64,000 nucleotides of DNA, from contig CM000153.2 of assembly GCA_000004695.1 (NCBI GenBank), forward strand, positions 704,001 through 768,000, in the 5' to 3' direction. The notes beneath the pieces are model-generated. The model did not search any database. It worked only from the letters and a program-made list of their open reading frames with translations, and was not told the DNA's origin. This DNA comes from Dictyostelium discoideum. Taxonomy: Eukaryota. The translations under genes were made by a program, and so were the position numbers. Positions 42,464-56,907 of the stretch are shown in pieces. Position 1 is the stretch's first letter, and every line of letters starts with the position of its first letter.

Positions 42464-44248
42464 ATGGATTTTTTAAATAAAAAAATTCAAAAAATATTAT
42501 TTATTTGTATTTTATCATTTTTAATTGTAAATTTAACTAAATCAGAAATTAGTGAAGTTAAAGATGTTAGTAAATTTTTATCAGTAGGTGGAGGAGGTAC
42601 AGGAGGATGTCAACATCCAATTTATTGTAATGGTACATTATTAAAAACAATACAATTGACACAAGTATTTAATGATTCAAAGACATTTGTCGATATGCCA
42701 ATGAGAACATCAATAGAGAATGTTAATGAATTGTTCAACCAACTTTTATTGAACACCAGTAAAAATGGTGGACCAAATAAAGAGGAGTTGGCAGCATTCC
42801 TCAGTGAAAATTTCTACCCAGCAGGGTACGAAGTTGAGCCGGTTACACCAGTAGATTGGGTGCCAAATCCAAGTTTTTTAGATGAAATCACTGATCCGAA
42901 TTTAGTGGATTTCGCAAGAAGCATCCATGGCAAATGGCTGGAATTAACCAGAGTATTCAACACCAGTGGATTGTGTGACGGTTGCTATAGTTCAATACCT
43001 GTGAATAATCCATTCGTAATTGCAGGTTCAAGATTCCGTGAGTTCTACTATTGGGATAGTTATTGGATCATTCAAGGTTTATTAGTATCTGATATGACTA
43101 CAACTGCCAAAGGCATGTTAAGAAATTTCGGTGATATGATAACTGAATTTGGGTTCATTCCAAATGGTGGTAGAATCTATTACTTAAATAGAAGTCAACC
43201 ACCACTTTTCACCCAAATGGTGAATAAATATTTTGAAGCAACCAATGGTAGTGATATTGAATTCCTTCAAGAGATATTACCAATTTTAGACCAAGAATAC
43301 CAATGGTGGATGACCCATCGTACAACAGAGTTGACCAATGGGGAAACTGGCGAAAGTGTGATTTTGAATCTTTATAATGTAAGCAACAATTCACCACGTC
43401 CAGAATCCTATTATGAGGATTTCACCGACGCTCAGTCATTTTCAAGTGTTGAAGAAAAGGATTATTTCTATAGTTCAATTGCCAGTGGTGCAGAGAGTGG
43501 TTGGGATTTCTCAAGTCGTTGGATGAGTCCATCTGACAATACCAATTTAACAACCATCCAAACCGTTGATGTAGTACCTGTGGATTTAAATTCCATACTT
43601 TATTTAAATGAAAAGATTCTTTCATCATTCCATAGAACACTTGGCAACAATTCAATGGCAGTCTATTACCAAGCTCAATCCGAGTCAAGAGTGGATGCAA
43701 TGCAACAAGTGTTTTTCAATGAGGATACTTACCAATGGAATGATTATAACTTGAAAACTAGCACAAACAATGAGGCTTGGTATACTTCAAATATTTTACC
43801 ATTGTTTGCCGACATTCAATCCTCAATCGATATGGATAACCAAGAGATTGATCTCATCTTTAAGAGTTTGGCAAATGTTTTAATAGCCTATCCAGGTGGT
43901 GTCCCTACTTCACTTATCTCTGCCCAAAGTTTACAATGGGATGGTTTAAACGTTTGGCCACCACTTCAATATTGGATCATTGAATCAATTATGACTCCAA
44001 ATACTACATTTTCAAATATGATTGGTAAAAATTTAATTGATCGTTGGATCACTACAAACTTTTGTGGTTGGAATTCAACTTTGGAATCTGAAGGTGGTAT
44101 GATGTTTGAAAAATATAATGCAAACTATATTGGTGTACCTGGTGGTGGTGGTGAATATGTTGTTCAAAATGGTTTTGGTTGGACAAATGGTGTTGATTTA
44201 TATTTATTAAAAAAATATGGTAAATCAATAACTTTAAATAGTTGTTAA
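42464..44248 (+). CDS. treh: Trehalase (GH37 alpha,alpha-trehalase), secreted/lysosomal.
   Basis: Signal peptide MDFLNKKIQKILFICILSFLIVNLTKSE. Trehalase signatures are IAGSRFREFYYWDSYW (PGGRFxExYxWDxY) and SLQWDGLNVWPPLQ (QWDxPxGWAPxQ). It is a full-length 594-aa ORF with no intron needed. Confidence 0.9.
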   Translation: MDFLNKKIQKILFICILSFLIVNLTKSEISEVKDVSKFLSVGGGGTGGCQHPIYCNGTLLKTIQLTQVFNDSKTFVDMPMRTSIENVNELFNQLLLNTSKNGGPNKEELAAFLSENFYPAGYEVEPVTPVDWVPNPSFLDEITDPNLVDFARSIHGKWLELTRVFNTSGLCDGCYSSIPVNNPFVIAGSRFREFYYWDSYWIIQGLLVSDMTTTAKGMLRNFGDMITEFGFIPNGGRIYYLNRSQPPLFTQMVNKYFEATNGSDIEFLQEILPILDQEYQWWMTHRTTELTNGETGESVILNLYNVSNNSPRPESYYEDFTDAQSFSSVEEKDYFYSSIASGAESGWDFSSRWMSPSDNTNLTTIQTVDVVPVDLNSILYLNEKILSSFHRTLGNNSMAVYYQAQSESRVDAMQQVFFNEDTYQWNDYNLKTSTNNEAWYTSNILPLFADIQSSIDMDNQEIDLIFKSLANVLIAYPGGVPTSLISAQSLQWDGLNVWPPLQYWIIESIMTPNTTFSNMIGKNLIDRWITTNFCGWNSTLESEGGMMFEKYNANYIGVPGGGGEYVVQNGFGWTNGVDLYLLKKYGKSITLNSC

Positions 44249-45040
44249 AAAAATAATAAAAAAATAAAAAAATATTTAAATAAATAATAATAATATATAA
44301 AATTAATTTTTTTTTTTTTTTTAAAAAAAAATTTATTTATAATAAAAATAATAATAATAAATAATAATAATAGTAAAAATAAAACAAATTACTGAAAAAA
44401 AAAAAAAAGAATAAAAAAAATACAATAAAAAGAATAAAAAAATAAAAACTTAAGGTCCGAATATTTTATTTTAGGCATAAAAAAAATAAAAAAGTAATAA
44501 AAAATTAAAATAAGAAATTTATACAATTTAAAAAAATAAAATAATTTAATTAAATCAATTTGGGTTTTTTTTTTTAATTGTCCTTTAAAATAAAAAAAAT
44601 AATTACAAAAAATATGGATGATAAATAATTAAATTCTAAAAATAAAATTTTTGATTAAAAAATAAAAAATAAGAAAAAACAGAATGATTACATTCATTTT
44701 TTTTTTTTTTTATATTTAATATCATTTTGTGTATTTTTGAATATTATATTTATCTTTTTTTATTGATATTAAAAATAAATAAAATTAAATTATTGTTAAA
44801 AACAAAAAGAAAAAAAGGAAAAAATAAAATCATATTAAATTTTTTTTTTGTTTTATTTTTTTTTTTTTTTTTTGACATATCTAAAAAATAATATTATAAA
44901 TGATCAAAAAAAAAATAAGGGTCCAAAATTTAACTGAAAATAAAAATAAAAAAAATAAAAAAAAATAAAAAAAAATAAAAAATAAAAAAAAAAAAAAAAA
45001 AAAGATATTTTTTTTTGATTTTAATTTTTTTTTTTTTTTG

Positions 45041-45086
<46 letters not shown>

Positions 45087-45171
45087 CTCTCACACAAAAA
45101 ATAAAAAAAAATAAAAAAAATAAAAAATAAAAAACATAAAACGATTATCAAAAATAGATAAAGCCATTGTA

Positions 45172-45212
<41 letters not shown>

Positions 45213-45415
45213 TTTTATTTATTTGAATTTATTTTTATTTTATATATAAAGTCTTAAATTTTATTTATTTATTTATTTATTTTTTTTATTCAAATATCTC
45301 AAATACACACACTCACACTAATTTACACACAAAATACACGCTCATCAAAAATAATAATAAAAAACACAATAATAATAATAATAATTGTAATATACATATT
45401 AAATAATAATTTAAA

Positions 45416-47376
45416 ATGGGATCAGTTGATACATCAGTCCCATCATTCGATAGAGCATGGAGTATAAAATATGAAGATTTAGATTTTATTTCTGAAATTG
45501 GTTCAGGTGGTTTTGGAAAAGTAAGTTAGTTTATGATTTATTTATTTTTTTTTTTTTATTATTAGTTTACTTATAATCGGGGATTTTTTTTTTTTTTTTT
45601 TTATAAAAAAAAGGTTTTCAAAGGTGAATATTTAGGTGCACCAGTTGCAATTAAGAAAATTCATATTTTACCTGATGATCCAAATCGTGTTGATTTAGAG
45701 AAATTTTTAAATCGTGAAATTGAAACTATTAAATTATTCACTCATCCAAATGTAATTCAATTTGTTGGTATCTCTGAAAATAATGGTATTCTTTTCATTG
45801 TTACTGAATTAATCGAAGGTAAATATATAAATATATAAAAATAAATAAAAAATATATATAATAAAACTAATAATTATTTTTATTTTATAAATTATTACAC
45901 AGGTGGTGATTTACAATATTATTTAAAGAATCAATCAATTGATTTACCATGGTTTTTAAGAGCAAACATCGCTCTTGATGTCTCTTTAGCAATGTCATAT
46001 CTTCATTCAAAATCAATTGTTCATAGAGATTTAAAATCTACAAATTTATTAGTTGATAAAAATTGGAAGATTAAAGTTTGTGATTTTGGGTAAGATACAT
46101 AATTATAATTATAATAGTTGTTATTTATTTTTCATATTATTAATTTTTTTTTTTTTTTTTTTTGTTTTTTTTATAGTTTTGCAAGAATCGTTGAAGAAGA
46201 TAATAATAAGTCAATGACAATTTGTGGTACTGATAATTGGATGTCACCAGAGATGATAACTGGATTAGATTATGATGAGAGATCAGATATCTTTTCATTT
46301 GGTATTGTTTTATTAGAGATTATAAGTAGAGTTAAACCAGCACCTTATATGAGAGATGCATCATTTGGATTAGCAGAAGATATCGTTAGAAATCAATTGA
46401 TACCAACTGATTGTCCAGAGAGTTTAATTGATTTAACATTTAATTGTTGTTCAGTTGATCCAAATAATAGACCTTCATTCAAAGAGATTTCCCAAACTTT
46501 AAAACAAATTAAAACTACTTTAGATTCAAATATAGTTTATCCAGAAATTCGTGATTTTGAACAACAACAAAAAATTTCAACAACAAATGGTAATAATAAA
46601 CAAAATGGAGGCGCTCCAAAAATTAATAATTTACCACTTCAATATAGTAATAATAATAATAATATTTATGATGATGATGATGATGACGATGATGACGATG
46701 ATGATAATGATTCATTCCCAAGACCATATTCAGATAATAGTAATAGTAATGTAACTTTAGAATCAAATTCAAATTATAATTCATCAACTATAAATGGACA
46801 AGAGCAACAAGAACAACAAGAACAACAACAACAACAACAAGTAAAAGAAGAAAGGGATGAAGGTGAAATTGAACAAGATGATGATAATATTGAGGTATAT
46901 GATAGTGATTATCAAAAGAAATTAGAAGAACATCAAAAAGAATTATTAGAAAGACAAAATCAAAATCAAGAAGGATCAACTGATGAGAATGAAGTTTATG
47001 AACAAGAAGAAGAAGAAGAAGAAGAGGATGAGGAAGAACAAGTTATTTCAACACCAGCTAAAAAGAGAATTTCATTTGGGCAAGATACTTTCCACACATA
47101 TGAAGCATATAGAACTGATGATGAAGATGATGATGATGATGAAGAGGATGAAGAAGAGGGTGATGAATATGACCATGGTTATGATGATTTCGATGAAGAT
47201 GATGAAGATGATGAAGAATATGATGAAGATGAAGATGATGAAGATGAAAGACAAATTCAATATTATCAACAACAATTACAATATCAACAACAATTACAAA
47301 AGCAACAAGAACAAGAATATCAAAGACAACAACAATTACAATTACAAAGAGAAGAAGAAGAATATCAAAGACAATT

Positions 47377-47427
<51 letters not shown>

Positions 47428-48964
47428 TCAACAACAATATGATGATGATGATGATGACGATGATGAAGAAGAAGAAGAGTATGATGATGTAATTAGACAT
47501 GATACTGATTCTGAAGAAGAATCAAAAGATAAAACTCCACTTCCATGGGATCAACACTTTGAAAAACAAAAAGAATCTGAAAATAAAGTTGAACAAGAGG
47601 AAACTAATGTAGTTGTTGCTAATAGTCAAGAAACTGAGCAACAACAACAACAACAACAACAACCAAAAGAAGAAGAAGAAGAAGAACCAACTAAAGTTGA
47701 AGATGTTAAAGTTGAAACTGAAGAACAAACCAAAGAAGAGCATGATGTTAAGGTTGATGAAGAATCAACTAAAGTTGATGAACCAGTTGATGAACCAACT
47801 AAAGTTGAAGAATCAGTTGAACAAGTTAAAGCTGAAGAACCAAATAAAGTTGAAGAATTGGTCGAAGAAGTTAAAGTTGAAGAAGAACCAACTAACGTTG
47901 AAGAAGTTAAAGCTGAAGAACCAGTAGAAGAAGTTAAAGTTGAAGAACCAGTTGAAGAAGTTAAAGCTGAAGAACCAGTTGAAGAAGTTAAAGCTGAAGA
48001 ACCAGTTGAAGAAGTTAAAACTGAAGAACCAGTTGAAGAAGTTAAAGTTGAAGAACCAGTTGAGGAAGTTAAAGTTGAAGAACCAGTTGAAGAAGTTGAA
48101 GCTGAAGAATCAGTCCAAGAACCAGTTGAAGAAGTTAAAGTTGATGAACCAACTAAAGTTGAAGAACCAACTAAAGTTGAAGAACCAATCGAAGAGGTTA
48201 AAGTTGAAGAACCAACTAAAGTTGAAGAATCAATTGAAGAAGTCAAAGTCGAAGAACCAACCAAAGTTGAAGAACCAGTTGAAGAAATTAAACCTGAAGA
48301 ACCAACCAAAGTTGAAGAATCAGTTGAAGATGTTAAAGTTGAAGATGTTAAAGTTGAAGAAGTTAAAGCTGAAGAACCAACTAAAGCTGAAGAATCAGTT
48401 GAAGATGTTAAAGTTGAAGAACCAATTAAGGTTGAAGAACCAGTTAAAGTTGAAGAACCAGTTAAAGTTGAAGAACCAGTTAAGGTTGAAGAACCAATTA
48501 AAGTTGAAGAACCAATTAAAGTTGAAGAACCAATTAAAGTTGAAGAACCAATTAAAGTTGAAGAACCAATTAAGGTTGAAGAACCAGTTAAGGTTGAAGT
48601 TGCCTCACCAGTTGTTCAAGAACAACCACCACAACAAGAAGAAAAACCAGAAGTCGTTTCAACTTCAACGATTACAATTGCATCATCACCACAACAATCA
48701 TCTAATTCACCACCATCAACTCCAGTTAAACAACCACAACAACAAGAAATCGAAGTAAATTCAACTCCAATTAAACAACAACAACAACAACAACAAACAC
48801 CAACACAACAAACACAAACACCAACTAAACAACACACTGAAATTAATGTCCAACCAACTCCAACTAAAACTCCACCATTACCACCTCAAACAAATGAAAA
48901 AATACCACTTATTTCACCAAATAATAAATCAAATAGAGGTTGTTGTTCCTGTTTCATCCAATAA
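45416..48964 (+). CDS. Protein kinase (TKL-like Ser/Thr kinase) with a ~700-aa acidic low-complexity tail carrying tandem EEPVEEVKV / EEPIKV repeats and a C-terminal CCSCFIQ lipidation motif. Four exons: 45416-45520, 45614-45818, 45903-46089, 46177-48964.
   Basis: Kinase subdomains read across the introns: GSGGFGK|VFKG...VAIKK...; ...TELIE|GGDLQYY...[12 protein letters not shown]...KVCDFG|FARIV...GTDNWMSPE...[12 protein letters not shown]. Donors are gtaagt, gtaaat and gtaaga; acceptors are aaag| and cacag| (ttatag| for the last). Phases are consistent. The repeat region 47900-48600 has perfect 27-nt and 18-nt tandem units. Confidence 0.8.
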
Positions 48965-49546
48965 TCTCTGAAATTAAAAATTAAAAATTCCAAAATTTTA
49001 ATCTTGGAAATTAAAAATTCCAAATTTGGAAAAAAAAAAAAACAAAAAAAACAAAAAAAAAAAAATAAAAATAAAAATAAAAAAAAATAAAAATATATAA
49101 ATTAATTAAAAAAAAAAATAAAAATAAAAAAAATATATTGTTCAGGATTTCGTTTTTTTTTTTCATTGCAATTTAATCATTGAGAAATAGTAGAGAATGA
49201 GTTTCGTTTGCACACTTTTTTTATTTTTTTTTATTTTTATTTTTTTTTTTTTTTATTAATTTTTACATTTTTTTTTTAATTTTTTTTTTTTTTAATTTTT
49301 TTTTTTTTAATTTTTTTTTATTTTTTTTTTTTTTTTACTTTTTTTTTCAAAATTTTTTTTTTTTTTTTTTTGACCGGCAAAATCGACATTCATTATTTTC
49401 AAAACACAAATAATAATAAAAATTAAAATAATAATAATAATATAATAATAATAATAAATAATTAGTTTTTTTTTTTTTTTAAACAATTTTAAATAATAAA
49501 ATAATAAATAAATAAATAAAAATAAATATAAAAAATTCAATAATAA

Positions 49547-51174
49547 ATGAATTTTAATTTAAATTTAGAATATCTAAATAGTGATCCAAATTCTATCATT
49601 GAATATTTAACACAAATATGGAAAGAGGATGAATCATTAGGATATTATAAAGAATTTCTTGACGTTTGTTTGAAAATTGTTGCAGGTACCGATCAGCCAG
49701 AAACATTTTTCAAAGAATTAACTGATAAAAAACTTTTAAATTTCGGAGCATGTGAAACTAAATGGAGTTTCGGTGACTCTGCTTATAAATGTAGAACTTG
49801 TCAACTTGACCCAACAAGTGCATTATGTATTGCATGTTTTAAAGAAGGTGATCATGAAGGTCATGATTGTAAGTTAAATTTATTTATTATTTATTTTTTT
49901 TTTCCCCATATAAAATATTTTATACTAATTTTTTTTAAATTTTTTTTTTTTTTTTTTAAAAAAAAAGATGCATTACAAAGTGTTGGAGGTGGATTTTGTG
50001 ATTGTGGTGATCCAGCAGCATTTAGACCAAATGGATTTTGTATTAAACATAAGGAACAAAAGATAGATATTAACAAGTATCCAGAAAGATTTATATTGGC
50101 ATTAAGTTTTGTAATACAGTTTATGTTGAAAAGGATATATGTGTTTTATGATAAGAATAATAGGGTATTGTTTGAAATGTTAATTGAATGGTTATTGAAA
50201 TTAGCACAACGTGGTGACATTATAAAGGTAGTGGTAATTAAATACATTAGTAACACAGACATTGGTAACACGAATTTATTACCACCATCACCATTTGCAG
50301 TACCATTGATTCAATTGTTCTATTCACCAGATTTACACGAATCAGTATCACGTTCAATGAAAGAGACAATCGCCAACTTTTGTGTGTTTTTACGTGGTTC
50401 AGTGGAATTTATCGAGTCGTTCATATCATTGATGTTACCAATTTACAAGAAATGTATCATCGAATGTAAGAAACATATCCTTTTATCATCATTTAGTATA
50501 TTTTCATCGACTGCAGTGGGTCCATTACTATTGTCAACCAACGCCGCTGAGATCGTGATGGATACTATCACAGAGTATTTTAGTAAACATTTTTATATTA
50601 GAGATGAATTCATTTCACCATCATCATCAGATTCAAAGTCAAAGAAAAAGAGATCATTACGTTTCAAAGATCCTTACCTTTATCCACAATTTAAACAATT
50701 GACAAAATTACATGAAACACCTTTAGCCACCCAAGTATTACGTACCGATATCTCTTTTATACTTGGTAATCAACCCGTTGCAAAGAGTGTCGTTGAGTCT
50801 AAACATCTTCTTTCCCTTTGGATCAATATGATTGCAATCGCTCAAGGTATGAATCCAAATGTTAAATATAAGATCACCTCCCCTGATGATTGGTCACCTG
50901 CTTTCAATGTTGATTTCTCCTTTAGTAATACCATTTTCTCCATAGTAAATTCAATATCACAAGATAAATTATCATTGGATCAAATTTTATTATTCTCAAC
51001 TCAATATCTTGGTAAATGGATTTTAGGTTGGTTAGAATATAGAAATAATTATCAAGTTGAAAAATTAAAAAGATTAGAAGAAAAAGAAAAAGAAGAAAAA
51101 GAAAAAGAAGAAAAAGAAAAAGAAATTGATTCAAAAGAATTAAAAACAACAACTACTACTACTACTAATACTAC

Positions 51175-51233
<59 letters not shown>

Positions 51234-53404
51234 CAATACCACATTATTTAACAAATATTAAACAATTATTATCATTACATTTAAAACGTGAAGGATTTTC
51301 ATTCCATTTACCATTACATAGATTAGTATCAGCTATTTTATTTAAATGTTTAAATAATGTTGAATTAGCAAAACAGTATAAAGATGATGGTGGTTTGAAA
51401 TCATTGTTTACTCAAATCATTGGTTCAGATTCATTGATTAGCATTTCAGATTATGCAAGAGGTACAACTTATCATCCATTCAAGATCATTGCCTCTTTAG
51501 GTGAAATTAAATCTGGTATGTGGAGATCACATGGTAGAGAAGAGGATATGACATTACAAACTGTCGTTTATCAAAGTTTACATTATCAAAAGTATTTCGA
51601 TTTAGATATTTTCTTAATTCAAATCGGTGCTGCAATTATGGGTTCAAATCAATTCATTCAACATGCTATCAATATCTATAATCTTGAAGATTGGTTTGAA
51701 ATTGAACCTTTTAATGGTTCATTAAATAAATCAACTGAGGGCACTCCTACTACCACCTCATCACAACCACCTTCAACTCCTTCAAAACAAACTTCATTAC
51801 GTAATAGTGCTGGTACTGTACCAACCACTCCTTCTCAATCTTCTTCAACTATAGTTCCAACTTTAGATACAATTGGTGAAACTACCACTACTACTACCAC
51901 CACAGCAACAACTACCACCACCACTGATGGTATAATTACAGAACCAAAAAAAGAAACTAAAGAAGAGAAAAAAATTAGAAAAGAAAAACAAAAGATTCAA
52001 GAAGATTTACAAAAGAGAAAAGGTTTAGCAGAGGATTTCTTACAAAATGTTATTATGTTTTCAACAAATAAATTAATGTGTGGTATGACAGAGGATCAAG
52101 TAATTAGAAAGGAGTTAATTCATAGATTATGTTTAGGTGATAATACTCATAGTCAATTGACAAGAGCAATCAAGAAGAAATTGGTTAATCATGAAAACTT
52201 TGAAACTATATTAAAGGAAATTTCAGTCTACCATCAACCACAAAAGACCGAACAAGGTAAATATCAATTACGTGAGCAATGTTGGTCAGAGTTTGATCCA
52301 TACTTTTCACATTACAACACTCAAGATTTACAAACTGCCGAAGAGAGATACTCTGAATTTCAATCCAAAACCAAGTCAAATATCGCTCGTGGTACCTATA
52401 TAAATTATCAAACTTCACCTTGTTTCGAAGAGATTGATCAATTACTTTGCTCAAAGACTTTACATCAAATCGTTTTCACTATCTTACAAAACCAATTGGT
52501 GGATGGTGCAAAATCAACTGATACCATATTCACCCATTGTTTACACGCTTTGGAGTTATGTATCAATCAAACTTTGGCCAATCCAGAGTTGAAGGCTGAA
52601 GCTATCAGCTCTGCAATCGTGGTTCAAACACCTTCAAAACAAACACCATTGGTTAAACCATCTTCTGCAACTCCACCAACTTCAATTCCAAAGAATTATT
52701 CAGAGATTGAATTACCATCTAAAAAGAATATCTTTTTGAATGCTTTTGTCGATGTTCCAGTTTCAGAGCAAAAGAGATTCTCTTTGATCATTTTATTGGT
52801 AAAACTTACAACCTCTCAACAAATCAATGCCGATCATAAACAACAAATTCAAAATATCATTAACATCTTGATGGAGAATAATGTCAATTGTAAACAAACC
52901 ATTGAAAATTATTGGGCTGCAATTAAAGCAAAGAAACAACCACAATCTGCACGTAAAGAGGATCCAGAGGAAGAAAAGAAACGTTTAGCTCGTGCTAGAC
53001 AAGCAGCGATTTTAGCTCAAATGAAAACTCAACAATCTGCTTTCAAATTTGAAGATGGTGAAGATGATGAAGATTACGAAGATGATTATGAAGATGCTAG
53101 CACAAAAGGTTCATCAGCTAGCGCAGCACATAAAGATAAAAAACAAAAACAAAAAGAATCAAATGCATTGGTTGTTGATGGTCATGAATCCATTACAACT
53201 TGTGCACTTTGTCGTGAACCAGGTTCATTGGATCGTCCAATGGGTAGAGTTGCTTTCATTCAACCATCTTCAATCATTATGTTATCAAAATTAACACCTG
53301 AAGAAAGAAAGAAACGTATGACTGAAGCAATAATGAAAGAACTTTATCAAGGTGTAAAAGGTAGAGAAACTATAATTTCAAATAATGATAATATAATTAA
53401 TTTA

Positions 53405-53441
<37 letters not shown>

Positions 53442-56191
53442 TTAACAACAATAATAATAATAATAATAATAATAACAATAATAATGTAAATAGTATTAAT
53501 AACAATATTGGAGGTATTCCAATTGTAAATAATGGTAATGATGGTGGTGTTAATGGTTTAACAGATTATATTCATCCAGATATGGATGAAATGGATGGTG
53601 ATGATATGGGTGATGTTGATATGGGTGGTATGGCAGTTGAGGATGATGGAGAGGATGATAGTGAGGATGAAGTAAATAAAGCTATCTCTTTCCTTAATCG
53701 TGTTTCACATTCAAATGATTTCATGGGTGGATTTGGTGATTTCGAAGATGGTATGGGTATGGATATTGAAGGTGGTGATGATGATGATGATGACGATGAT
53801 GACGCCGAAGATGATGATATGATGATGGGTGAATTGGGTGGAGTTCGTCACCATCACCACCATCATCATGGTGAGGAAGATGAAGATGGTGAAGAAGATG
53901 AAGATGGTGAAGAAGATGAAGGATCAGATTCAGATTCAGATTTGGATTTAGAAGATTTAAATGGTTCCGACGATTCAGATGATGAATTTGATTTTGGTGA
54001 TGAAGAAGGATCTGATGAATATATTTTAGAAGACGGTATGCCACGTTTACGTAGATTGGCCGGTACAAGTACTCAACAAGGAACTACTAGTACTAATAAC
54101 ACCACTGCAACATCAACCAATGATATAGCTCAAACTTTATTGAGAGCTCTAGAAAGAATACCAACAGGTACAGGAAATGTTAATAGTCGTAATATCATTA
54201 GCCAATTAACAACTCAATTATCACAAGGTAACGCAAGAGTACACATTCAAGCAAGAGATAACAATGGTAGAGCATTTTCAGAGATTAATTTTGATCAACT
54301 TCTTAGCCAATTAAATAATCAAACAAATGTTCCAATCTCTGTTCATGATAATGGTCGTAATAGAGCATCTGTAACTCTTCAATTAAATTCAACTCCTCCA
54401 ACTACAACTACCACCACAGCAACTTCACCAGCAACAACAACAACTACAACAACTACTACAGCAACAGCACCAAAACCAAATGATAATGGTGGTAGTGATG
54501 ATGAGGATTCAGATGATATGGGTGATATTGATGGGGATGATGAAGATGACTTATTTGGAGATGACGATGATTTCTTCTTTGATGATGATGAAGCAAACGA
54601 TGATGTTTTCCTTAAATTTGATGCAGCAACTGAACCAGTCACAGGTAAACCATGGTCAAATAAATTTAGTAAACAAGAAATCTTTAGAAACATTGAGGAA
54701 TCAGTAAACCTTAATTTATCATTCTGTGGTCATCAAATTCATGAAAGTTGTTTCTCTGAATACTCTTGGTCATTGTTAAAGAATAATGAAGGTGTTGAAT
54801 ATGTCGATCCAGAAAAGAATGAATTCCTTTGTGTATTATGCCGTAGAATTGGTAATGCGATCGTACCAGTTGTACCAGATTCAGGATTTTGTTCACACGA
54901 ACATACCGCATCACCACAACCAATCATCACACCAGCAATGGCAAGAAATAATAAGAATAAAGATGTTCAATGTTATTCCGAATTTTATCAAGCATTGGGT
55001 AATAGATTAATGGGTAAAGATGAAGAGCATAAAAAAGCATTGGATGCTCCAAACCCACAACCATTAAGAAATATTAGACAAGCAATCGATCAATTCTCAT
55101 CCAGAGTCTATGGTGTTAGATATGATTTGAATTTCTATAAATCAAAATCTGATGCAACCGTCATACCATTCCTTTGTTCATCTTTAGCTTCAACCATTGC
55201 AAGCACTGAACTTTCAATTCGTGTTCATGATCCAGAACAACAACAACAACAGCAACAACAACAACAACAATCAAGTCTTTATCCATTATTCTCAATGAGT
55301 GATTCAAATCGTGTTGACCTTCGTTCACTCTTTAGATATATGATTGTTCATTCACATATGTATCCATCATTGGCATATCAAGGTCAATTACTTTGGAAAT
55401 CAATATCTGGTTCACAACATACTCAATTATTACCAACTGAAGAGGAGTTGGAAGAAATTGAAAGAAAAGAAAATGAAGAAAAAGAAAAACTTTCAAAAGC
55501 AAAACTTGATCAAAAAGAAAAAGAGAAAGAAAGAGAGAAAGAAAAAGAAAAGAATGAGAGAGAAAGAACTCAAAAACTTTATCCAGAGGTTTATGATCAA
55601 GGTGTTTATGGTGAGGCATTCCCACCATTACTTTCATTAGATCTTTTCAATACTTTTATTCAAGTGTTTTTAAGATACTCTGATACTAATCTTTCATTGA
55701 ATGTTGAGAAATTCTATATGGTAGCAAGAATGTTTTATGATGCATCAATTACTCAATCGATTTTACAACATTTCAAAACCACCGATACTACTTTCACCAC
55801 CGATGATACCTATGTATCAACCATTAACAATTTAATCACAACAACCTATGAAACAGTAACACCAATCTTATCAATTCCACCAGTTCATTTGACTGCAATT
55901 AAAACTAATTCTCTAATCTTTTTAAGAAGATTATCAATCTTTTTGTTTAGTTGTTTAAAGATTGATCCAATCTCTTCAAATCAAACTACATTGGATGGTG
56001 AAATCGATTATTTAGTTGATTATTTAAATTTACCATCATTTGATCAACATTGTTTATCAGTTTTAAATGCTATCACTTCTCATACTGAAAATATTGTACC
56101 ATTGGTTTCAACTTGGACTGAACAAATATTATTTATTTCTGCTATTACTTCAAGTGTTGAAGATTCAAAAAATAATGTTGAAGATTTATCA

Positions 56192-56235
<44 letters not shown>

Positions 56236-56773
56236 AACTACTACAACAACTACTACTACAACTTCACCAAATGATAATCAAACTGTAGTTTCTTCACCAA
56301 TAAAACAATCAATTTTACCAAATCCATCAATTCCAAATCCATTCCTATTAATTCAATTACCAGAACAATACAATATTGTATCACAATATTATTCATCAAT
56401 TCCATGCCTTCAATGTAAAACCATTTCAAATAATCAAGCACTTTGTTTGGTTTGTGGTACATTATGTTGTTTGGGTGGTTGTTGTAAGAGATTCTTTGAT
56501 CAAAAGAGTGAAGCTGTTTTACATGCTGAAAAATGTAATGCTGGAACTGGTATTTTCTTACTTATCAAAACTAGTTCAACTTTATTAATTCATTTACCAA
56601 GAAAAACTTTATGGATTTCTCCTTATCTTGATGATCATGGTGAGGAAGATCCAAACTTAAGAAGAGGTAGACCATTACTTTTAAATGCTAATCGTTATAG
56701 TCAATTAAATTCATTACTCGTTAAACATCAAATCGATCAAGACTCAAAGATTGCAGAAATGTCTCAAAGATAA
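49547..56773 (+). CDS. UBR-box E3 ubiquitin ligase (N-recognin, UBR1/2/3 family), 2408-aa ORF. Two exons: 49547-49868 and 49971-56773, the intron lying inside the UBR box.
   Basis: UBR box CRTCQLDPTSALCIACFKEGDHEGHD | [28 protein letters not shown] (human UBR1: [21 protein letters not shown]). The intron is gtaagt...aaaaag, 102 nt, phase 1. A mid-protein RING-like CGHQIHESCF...CVLC is present, as is the C-terminal UBR autoinhibitory/Cys-rich region CLQCKT...CLVCGTLCCLGGCC...LHAEKCNAGTGIFL. The long ORF is continuous and also contains poly-Q/T/N and acidic/His-rich tracts. Confidence 0.8.
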
Positions 56774-56787
56774 ATTCAAATATCTCT

Positions 56788-56829
<42 letters not shown>

Positions 56830-56907
56830 TTAATAAACATAAAATTTATATATATATAAAAAAAAAAAAAAAAAAGATTTTATTTTATTAAATAATTTTT
56901 TTTTTTA

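Noticed and set aside
47626-48758. Long minus-strand ORF (227 aa, Ser/Thr/Gly-rich) and + ORF 47940-48758 (KLKLKNQ repeats) overlapping the kinase tail.
   Set aside because: Alternative-frame or antisense readings of the perfect tandem coding repeats. The kinase frame is the only one continuous with upstream catalytic exons.
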